From the NCBI GenBank assembly GCA_010405405.1, contig MU004232.1, positions 639,481 to 703,480 of the forward strand: 64,000 nucleotides of DNA. Reading direction: 5' to 3'. The position numbers and the translations under genes are program-made. Position 1 is the stretch's first letter. Every line of letters begins with the position of its first letter. This document shows, one piece after another, positions 55,804-64,000 of this stretch. The notes under the pieces are model-generated. The model did no database searches. It saw only the letters and a program-made list of their open reading frames with translations, and was not told the DNA's origin. Source of the stretch: Microthyrium microscopicum (lineage: Eukaryota).

Positions 55804-55984
55804 CCCATCGCATTCGATGGGCGCCATTGAGGGCGTTAATTCCCATCGTCATTGATGGGAGTTTTGTGGTTATCGGATCGAGGAGCCTTCAGAGTAAAAA
55901 TGCTAGATTTTGATCATTTTTTGGTGTTTCTTGAATAATGAGTTTTACCATCGCGTTCGATGGCAAATAGCGAGTGCGATGGGA
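55804..55984. repeat. Two 19-bp palindromic unit arrays (3 + 2 units)
   Basis: cccatcgcattcgatgggc / gccattgagggcgttaatt / cccatcgtcattgatggga at 55804-55860; accatcgcgttcgatggca / aatagcgagtgcgatggga at 55947-55984. Confidence 0.85.
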
Positions 55985-56154
55985 GACCAGAAGATGACTT
56001 GGTGAAATATGTCTTGTATTGTGTTTTATGGGTTCTTGCTCTTCCAATCGAGCCAACAATGGTATTAATTACCCAAAACAGCAATCAGTCCTCCTCGCTC
56101 TTTCCAATTGAGCCCAAATCCCTTCCCCAATCCGGAAATCACCTCCCCAAAAAC

Positions 56155-56923
56155 TCACTTTCTTCTCTTGTTGGGGCACTTGCCCATTTTGTGGCCCTCT
56201 GAAGTGAAGATTAGGCACCGAAAACTTGAAATTTTGGGGGAAAACTCACCTTGACCACAGGAGAAACACTTATCGCTCAAAATGGCATCTCTCGTGCCTG
56301 GAATGGGACAGGCAGAGGAGAGATGACCAAATTGGCCACAACCGCGACACTGAGTGCGCGGGCACTCCCGGTACATGTGACCGACGAGGCCACAACCGTC
56401 ACAGGTAGGAGCGTGCTTGTATTGACGCGCACGCTCCTCGCTCACCGGCTGAGCTTGGTATGGTCCCGCAGGACCGCCGAAATGGGTAACGGCATTGCCG
56501 TTTTGAGGAACGCCAGCAAGAAGACCAGCAGCACGGAAACCGCCATAGGCAGGGACGGCAGGAGCAGAAATGGTGTTACCATAAATGGTAGCAGGACCGG
56601 AAACGTAAAGACCGCCTACATAGGCGGGCGCCACGGCGACAGAGGCAGCAGCAGGCGGGGCAGGGGCAGGAGCAGGAGCAGGAGCAGGCGGACGGAGATA
56701 CGGGCACACCCCGTAGTGGTGGCCAACTGAAAAAGTGAGCTTCAGGCGACAAAACTTGAAAGATTGAAAGACTTACAGGTGCGGCAATGACCGCAAGGAG
56801 CGTTTCGGCACTCGCGAGCGCCGTGGCCATCTAAAAGCGAGTGTTAATATTGACATTCTGAGCGCATTGAGGTTTAGGCAACGTACTTAGGCCACAATTG
56901 AAGCAGAGGAGGTTGCTGGACAT
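56155..56923 (-). CDS. CCHC zinc-knuckle nucleic-acid-binding protein (CNBP/Gis2-like), 4 exons, 5 knuckles
   Basis: Splicing restores CX2CX4HX4C units: CFNCGLNGHGAREC, CGHCRTFGHHYGVC, CDGCGLVGHMYREC, CRGCGQFGHLSSAC, CFSCGQEGHKMGKC. Confidence 0.88.
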
Positions 56924-56983
56924 GGTGGTGGTGGTTGTGGTGGTGGTTGTGGTGGTGGTTGTGGTGGTGGTTGTGGTGGTGGT
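56924..56983 (-). repeat. (ACCACCACCACA)n simple repeat abutting the ATG
   Basis: 60 nt of ACC/ACA triplets immediately 5' of the start codon at 56923. Confidence 0.9.
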
Positions 56984-57291
56984 AGGTCTGTAAAAAAGGT
57001 TGTTGATGAGGTGAAGAGAGTGGGAATTTGAGGTGCGGAAGAGGCCTTTTAAGGTGAAGAGATCGGAAGCTAGTGCCTTCGTCACTGCCTAAACTTCAGC
57101 AATTGAGTTTTTGACAACGGCCATTGTCGGAGGCCGGTTGTTGTTTGGGAAGGAAGGGGTGGTTGTTACTTCCCTTCCAGGCAAGCACGAGCCCACGCTC
57201 TTGCCAAACGGGGAAGTCTGAGCTTGAGCCTCTTGCACTTGGAGAATGAAAGTTGAATTGGTGAGGAAATGATTGATTTATGGGGATAGCA

Positions 57292-58236
57292 TCAAGTGTT
57301 TACCAGGTTGACTTTTGGACGTTCTGGGCAATCGATCTGTAATGTGTTAGTGAAGAAAAAAATTACATAACGTGCTATGGGAGCCACCAGATGCGATGGG
57401 CAATTCAATTAAGTGTCAAAGATACAGTACTTTGAGGACTTGGGACGTCCAAATATTGGATTTTTGAGGATTTTTGAGACTTATCGAATATCCAATCGAG
57501 CATGATGGCCCCCATCGAGTGCGATGGGAGCCATCAGCTGCGTTGACTATATTGACGAAGTGCCAAAAAAGTGAGATTTTTGGCATTTGAGATGTCAGAA
57601 TACCAAAATCTGGAAGATTTTCCACACTTCTACAAATATCCCATCAAGTGTTATGGCTCCCATCGCACTCGATGGCGGCCATCAGATGCGTTGGAAGTTA
57701 TGAATAAACGGATGCAGGTGATCGAATCTTACCATTTGATGTCCGGGCTGGCCACATGTGAAGCAAAGATCGTTATCAAGAGCGCGCTTCACGTCTTTTG
57801 TGGCAACGGGGCAATTCGCAACAACGTGACCTATGCCGCTGCAGACTCTACAGATCGCGGCTGAGCAATTGCGACCAATGTGTCCTTGCTCGCCGCAGAT
57901 GTTGCATTTCTTGTCTGGACAGACTGAGGAGTGGTGGCCGCGACCTCCGCATTGTGCACACATCTGTTTTATGGGGTCAAACTGATTCGAACAGTCTTTA
58001 AAGGTGTGTCCGGTTTCGCCGCAGTTCCGACATGTTATGATGCGCTGCGGTTTCTTTGGTAGAGCTTCCCTGAGTGCAACCTTCTGAAGTAGAGAGGGTT
58101 TTGATTTGAAGGGTCGTGGATGTCGGAAAAGCCAGGATGATCCGGAAAATGTGCGCGCGCTTGTATGAGTGATAGGCGTTGAAGCAGATGAGCCTCTACT
58201 GGCTCTCTGGACTGCTCGTACGGATGATTGAAGCAT
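57292..58236 (-). CDS. CCHC zinc-knuckle protein with putative mitochondrial presequence, 2 exons, 5 knuckles
   Basis: Four complete knuckles in exon 1. The fifth (CFTCGQPGHQM|IDC) is completed only by splicing the GTAAGA donor at 57732 to the ACTAAC..CAG acceptor at 57337; last exon IDCPERPKVNLVNT*. Confidence 0.88.
57364..57696. repeat. Three intronic arrays of 19-bp palindromic units (2 + 3 + 3)
   Basis: Units at 57364/57383, 57492/57511/57530 and 57640/57659/57678; 57504-57535 and 57652-57683 are inverted copies (30/32). Confidence 0.9.
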
Positions 58237-58959
58237 TGTATGATAGTTGGAAAGCGTTTCTAGAAATTGAAGGATGTATTGGATGAGGACTGTCCGAATC
58301 GTATGGAGAGGACTTAAAAAGGCGAGCTAATATTAGTGACATGGCGCGCAATCATGGAGGTCAAGGCTTACAACAGGATTTTATGTCATCTCGTCAGATC
58401 TTGGAACAAATCTCGTTTAGCGAGCGAAAAAGGAGCAAGATCAGATATGTTGTTGAGATTCTAAAGATGAGATGTCGTTGGAAAATGAAAGGCGCGCCTT
58501 CCTCCAAAAAAAGTTCAGGCTTGCAAGAACAGGGGTATCCAACAATTAGCCAATCAGGTAGCTCTGAATGGTTCAGCCTTATGCGACAAGGCTGTAAAAT
58601 TACTACACTCCGTCCAACATAGAGAGCATTTGCAGATTCACGTACCCTTCGCACCTATCCTCTAGCCTGTATGGCGCCCTAAAGTACTTGGAAATAAGAC
58701 AGACGTAAAACACTACTGAGAAATGTGCTGTTGCTATTGCAGTTTCCGATATCTAGTCGGGAAAATACTATCGACGAGAACACTTGCGCTCCTGCCCATA
58801 ACAATAATGAGCTGTATTATACTCTGGAATCATTTCTTGTCCTTGTCTGCCATGGAAGCAAGCTGCTAGAAGATGATGTATCTGATAAATTCTGGCGTCA
58901 TTGACAGAGCCAAAACGATATCATGTCTTCTTAAACCTGTTGACCTTGTTTTTCTTAGG

Positions 58960-59124
58960 CTATTGGAACTGTTCCTTGCGTCCCTCTTTGCATTTAGCTC
59001 CTGCTTCATGCTGAGGTTTCTGGCTGCACCCCTTTCCATTGCACATCTTGGGCTTTGACTTCTTACTTCCCGCTGCAAGCTCAGCGTCTTTTTTTGCTGC
59101 TTTTTCTGCGTGTTTCTTTGGCAT
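58960..59124 (-). CDS. Possible small Lys-rich protein (54 aa)
   Basis: MPKKHAEKAAKKDAELAAGSKKSKPKMCNGKGC...H....C has a biased, protein-like composition; no family recognised. Confidence 0.35.
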   Translation of the reverse strand: MPKKHAEKAAKKDAELAAGSKKSKPKMCNGKGCSQKPQHEAGAKCKEGRKEQFQ

Positions 59125-59632
59125 TGGAACCGCTTGTTGTGTGAATACTAGGGTTATTTTTCGGTAACGCTTGTGTGTAAATGTTTTGGTATAAGAGGGT
59201 GTATTGAGGGAAACAGAATGAGTATAGGTTTGCGGAACTTGGCATATTATAGCTCCCCCCAATAGCTTGAATATGAATTTATTGATGACATATCGACTTA
59301 GTGGGATCTTTGCATATCATATCAGTTGTGAATTTAGGTCACAGGAGCCTCTCTGATTGACTGGCCAAAATTTTGGTGTCATATTGATGAAAAGGTAGGC
59401 AATGGTAGCCGTCCAGATACGCATGTTCGCTTGTAAGATATCACACTGCGGAGCTAATCACTTCATACCCACGAGACACATGCCATCAGATTATATGTGA
59501 TATGAAAATGGACTTCGTTCTCTTACTGAGCATCCTTAGACCACATGAGACTTATTGAAATCTAATTTGAGATTTGCGATCCCACCACTCACTCATGGCG
59601 ATAACACAAATCTGCCACCAAATACGTTGGAG

Positions 59633-59670
59633 ATCTAAGCTGTCGATGGCGCCCATCGAATGCGATGGGC
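59633..59670. repeat. 19-bp palindromic unit array
   Basis: gatggcgcccatcgaatgcgatggg (59645-59669) is the reverse complement of 55804-55828 at 24/25. Confidence 0.85.
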
Positions 59671-60575
59671 AACCACACTATCCATTGACCTATTGAAAAT
59701 GTCCAATATTGGAGATAGTAGTAAAATATCCCAGCCTTGTCCTCAGCCTCATTAGTGAAATGTGTGGTCTAATTGGCTGCAACCTTTAATTCGCTGCATT
59801 GAATATATTGAGCAAGAACGGTGTGGCTGTTGAACCTGAATGCAATAATAAAGCTTTGTCATGTAGAAGATAGCATGTATTTCAAAAAAAGGTCGACATT
59901 TGGCCAAGAACCGCTATGAAGCTTAGTCGTTAGTCTACGTAGATCGTGGTTCGGTCTCGTACCGGTGATAACTCTAAAAATTGCCGTATTTAGTGGCATG
60001 TCGAAGCTCGTTTTCGCGGCTCGGATTCAAATGGTTTCCGACTACTTGAGTGCCCTAAAGCAATTTTGCTCCAATTCTCAAGCTCAGGCGCTTGGTAAAA
60101 GGAAGCAATACAGAGAACTTTCACAGTGAACTTTTCTTGAGCTCCTGAAGGGGGAGGATCCAGGAAAAAAAATGAGATTGTAATGTCACCGATCAAGGTA
60201 ATACGGCAAGTATCATGTTTGCATCAATCTCGCTGGTCTGATTGCTGAAAGTCTCTTCCAAGTACGTACTAAGCTACAAGAGGCTATATGCAGCGCTACA
60301 GCAAAGGCCATCTTCCCCGCAAACCATCAGAACTGGCAGGATATCAGCTTCAAGGTCCCTTGAACCGCGGATCATGGGTAAATTGCTCTCCGTTAGACCT
60401 AGAATGACCGTATCGCCGTATGCATCTTTGTCCTTCCCCGCACCAATCCATAATGCACAGGTGATGAGCATCGGTATGCCAGACGAGGTTTCTTCATAAG
60501 TTGCTGGTAATTCCAGGTCCGGATAGGTATTTGGCCCTTCTTCCACTCCTTTTTCAAGCACAACCTCCAATCACC

Positions 60576-61412
60576 ATGACTGGATCCTTATACAAAGACA
60601 AGACTGTCATAATCACTGGCTCTGCTGGTGGCTTAGGTCTTAGCATTGCGCAAGCTTTCTACGAAGAAGGAGCTAATGTCGTCGTAACCGACATCAACGA
60701 GAAGCTACTGGCGGATTGCCCTTCCCACTTTCCTGAAGCGGACCGGGACACTCGGCTACATCCCGTCAAGTGCGACGGGACTGATGGCGATGCAGTGGAA
60801 AAGATGGTTCAGGAAGTCGTGGCCAAGTACGGAAGACTGGATGTACTGGTCAACAATGCGGCCGTAAACGATAGCATGCAGCCGGTACACGACTGCCCGC
60901 GTGCTGTATGGGACATGAACATTGCAGTCAACTTGACTGCGCCATTCCTCAGCTCTCAAGTAGCGATCAAGCAATTCCTTGCCCAGGAACCTAAGGGCGG
61001 TGTGATCCTGAATGTTGCCAGCGCGGCTGGTCAGAATGGATATCGTGCAGGTAAGTCTCAGGTTTGAAGATCTGCGACAGATTCCGGTAGCTAATCTTGA
61101 GTAGGAGCTGCATATACAGCTTCCAAACATGGACTTATTGGGCTGACCAAAAATACTGCTGCATTCTACAGTCAACAGGGCATTCGCTGTGTTGCAATAT
61201 GCCCGGGTCCAATGCAGACGCCATTAGCAAGCAAAGATGCTTCGAAGTATCACCCTGAAGGAGTAAAATTGGCCGGCTCTTCTATGGCCTCTGGCCTGTG
61301 GTGGAATCCGCTTAATGAGGTTGCTAAAACTGTAACTTGGATGTGCAGCTCTGGCGTTGGAACTATCAATGGTGCGATTGTTACGACGGATTACGGCTGG
61401 ACCGCAATTTAG
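60576..61412 (+). CDS. Short-chain dehydrogenase/reductase (classical SDR)
   Basis: TGSAGGLG, LDVLVNNAA, NVAS, and YTASKHG (YxxxK) after a single intron. Confidence 0.93.
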
Positions 61413-61769
61413 TCGTTCATCATGTCTGATACATGTAAAAGCTAGGTATATTTATCCTTGATTTCTTTGGTGCCTTCATGTGTCTGGCCACGTCATGTAT
61501 TCGACGACATGACAGATCATGTTTATACCAGCACGATGGGAAGATTTAATCTTATTCCATAAAGAGGCGATGACAGCCAGCAAATGCGATAAGGATATAC
61601 CACTTGTTTTGCCACTCATTGATCAAGGTTTCTAGATGCAAGCAAGTTGATAAGAATGTAAGAAATTGATATCGTGATAAGGTATAGCGCTCTAAATCGT
61701 CCAAAACATGCCCTCAATCAACTCTTAGCCCTTCAATTGGTACTGTGTAATGAATGATATCAATCCTAC

Positions 61770-63470
61770 CTAGCTTGTCCGGTGAGACCGGATAGGAACA
61801 AGCTGACATTTGAGCTCTGGCTTATCCCACATTATATAGATCTTCTGGTCAATCCACTGGCTCGACTCTTCGCATAACTTAATATCAAAGTTGTACAGAA
61901 GTTTCGCCAGAATCAGGCGCATTTCGTGGTATGCCATACTAGAGCAACGTTAGTCAGGATGATTTTATTGACATTGTGTCGGTAACGAAGACTTACTTCT
62001 TTCCTAGACAATTCCGTGGTCCGTACGAAAATGGTTGAAGAGCATGTTTTTTGTCCGTAGCATACTCGGTATTATCAGCGAGCCAACGCTCAGGAACGAA
62101 ATCGTACGGATCTTTGAAGTTCTTGGGATTGCGATAGCAAGAATATTGCGTGAGTGAGATGGAAGCCTGTGTTTGTTAGAAATATTCCACAGCATGTCAT
62201 CGACGACTTACGCCTGGTGGAACGAAAGTATCATCAACCATTACTCCACCCTCAGGAACAACGCGCGGGAGTCCATTGGAAACTGGTGGATACATTCGAA
62301 GCCCTTCTTCTATACACGCGTGTAGATATTTGAGTGACTGAAGCTTTTCAATTGAGATGTCGTCTGTTGATGGGAATGCGCCTCTAATTTCGTCGGCAAG
62401 TAACTTCATCTTATCGGGGTGAGCGAGAAGATAGTAAGTGAGTCCACTAAGCAATGTTGCAGTGGTTTCCGTTCCAGCGATCATGAAGAGTTGAGCATTC
62501 GCATACATCTCTTTGCGCGTCATACCAAGTTCCTCATCTTTTTCAAGCACAAGGCCCCAGATATCTGGTCGTTTTTCTTTGATTTCCATCCGTTTGTCTA
62601 CACGAGCTTGTGTGAACTGGTGGTGTAGCTTCTGTTTCTCAGCCATGCCGGGGTTGAGTCGAGGAATCAGAGCGAGAAGCGACTTCTCAACGACTTGATA
62701 GTAGCGGATAGTGAACAAGTAGATGCCGTAGCGAAAGTTGGCAAACATTGCTGCTACCCAAGAGTGATACTCCGTGTTCTCTAAGAGATTCAAGGGCTCA
62801 CTGAAGCAGAGATCTGACATGACATCGAAAGTGGTAAAGTTGTACTGATTGACCATGTTGAATTTGGCATTTGGATCCGCCTTGGTGTCTCTTAAGAGAT
62901 TGCTCACGAGCTTGTCAACGTATTTCAAGAATAGTTGTTCTTGTAACTTGAGCGCTCGATCGCTGAAGGCGTTGGAGAAAATTCGGCGGATACGTGTGTG
63001 GTTTACATTGTCTGAATCAATGATGTTGAATACGCGCTCATGTTCATTTGCGACTGGTGCCAGATAGAACTTGGGATTTTTCTTGAGAATTGGCTGTCCT
63101 GCTTTTCGGTGTCCATAGATGTCCTTCCATGCATCACCAGAGCTGAAGCTCAGCTCATTTGGGCTGTAGCGAACAACCTCTCCATATTTGGCATGGAGTT
63201 CGGTAATCCAAAACTGTTGATCTCCAGAGAGATTCTTTCGACAAAGGGGTAGGCAACTGGCAGCAGACAATAGCGGGCCTGGAAATTTTCGTAGAGGGTG
63301 GAAGAAGATGTTGTAGACGTAGATGGAAAGCTGATAGGTTACGAGCTTGGAAAGTCAACAATCAAAACTCGGTGGCAATGTTTATGAGCAATACTTACAG
63401 CTAAAGCTACAATTACTGTGAGGTTGGAGATGCGACTGCCTAGCGCTCCGGCGCTTTCTATTACACCCAT
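61770..63470 (-). CDS. Cytochrome P450 monooxygenase (CYP65/Tri11-like)
   Basis: HPLRKFPGP, AGTETT I-helix, EGLR (ExxR), PERW, and QPFSYGPRNCLG heme motif; 4 exons. Confidence 0.94.
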
Positions 63471-64000
63471 CTTGTAACCAGTCTTCGAAGACGTACTTGA
63501 AGAAAGTTAGATATAAGAAGTGGCGACGATGATGCTAGAAGAATGACGAGCCCCAAGCCTTATAACTTGTCCAGTCCTGGAGGCATGGAGATGCCTTGAT
63601 TGTCTTGTACTCCCAAGTCCATGCGAACCATGTTACTTGCAGAAACATGGTTAAACATAATCGCTGCAAGCTTCTGGGAACTTGTAAGGTTTGTTTCAAC
63701 TCTCGAGGTGACTTCCAGGATTTTCTGGCCCGTAGTTGGTCAATCAAATGTTTGCGAGAAACCTTGTCGTAGGAATATCCGTTGATCGACACAAGTGGTT
63801 CGAAAATCCGGGGGTACCTCCTTGCTCAAAGAAGTCGGCCCTGTCGCTCCACACTCCATTGTATTGTAGATCAAGCGGTTCATTCATGGATCCGAGTCCC
63901 GGGGCGCGAAAGCGAAAGCGAAAAGATCGGGGTGTGTTGAATATGCATGCGGAGTAAATCTTGTGCGACCTACTATGCAGCTTGTAGTTATATGTCAAGT

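Noticed and set aside
57364..57696. Palindromic repeats as a CRISPR array
   Set aside because: Eukaryotic intron; units abut at a 19-bp period with no unique 25-45-bp spacers, and there are no cas genes.
56155..58236. Zinc knuckles as retrotransposon Gag remnants
   Set aside because: Spliceosomal introns, intact frames, five knuckles each, and no LTR, protease, RT or integrase nearby.
41839..63470. erg9 + P450 + SDR as a triterpene/squalestatin-type cluster
   Set aside because: They are separated by housekeeping genes, and erg9 looks like the primary-metabolism copy.

Overview
Eukaryotic, intron-containing DNA from a filamentous ascomycete (Pezizomycotina-type GT/GC-AG introns of about 50 nt with CTRAC branch points). 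The window holds about 24 protein-coding genes, mostly housekeeping: M54 metalloprotease, Golgi apyrase, class I glutamine amidotransferase, two Vba-type MFS transporters, PP2A catalytic subunit, SRPK-like kinase, Nrd1/Seb1, citrate synthase, Sam37/metaxin, Aim6-like phosphodiesterase, eIF4E, squalene synthase, DnaJ Caj1/Djp1, kinesin-5 BimC, tubulin cofactor C, a P-loop kinase, two tandem CCHC zinc-knuckle genes, an SDR and a P450. Three non-routine signals stand out. (1) A dispersed family of 19-bp self-palindromic units (CCCATC-N6-GATGGG-N) occurs in short in-register tandem arrays at six non-coding loci, including a 396-nt intron. (2) A 213-bp MITE with 47-bp TIRs and a 6-bp target-site duplication carries the same unit in its TIRs. 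(3) An 11-kb gene desert has, as its only convincing coding candidate, a 26-aa proline-rich micropeptide with a canonical class I SH3-ligand motif (RPLPPVP). Gene models were spliced by eye and no database searches were run.
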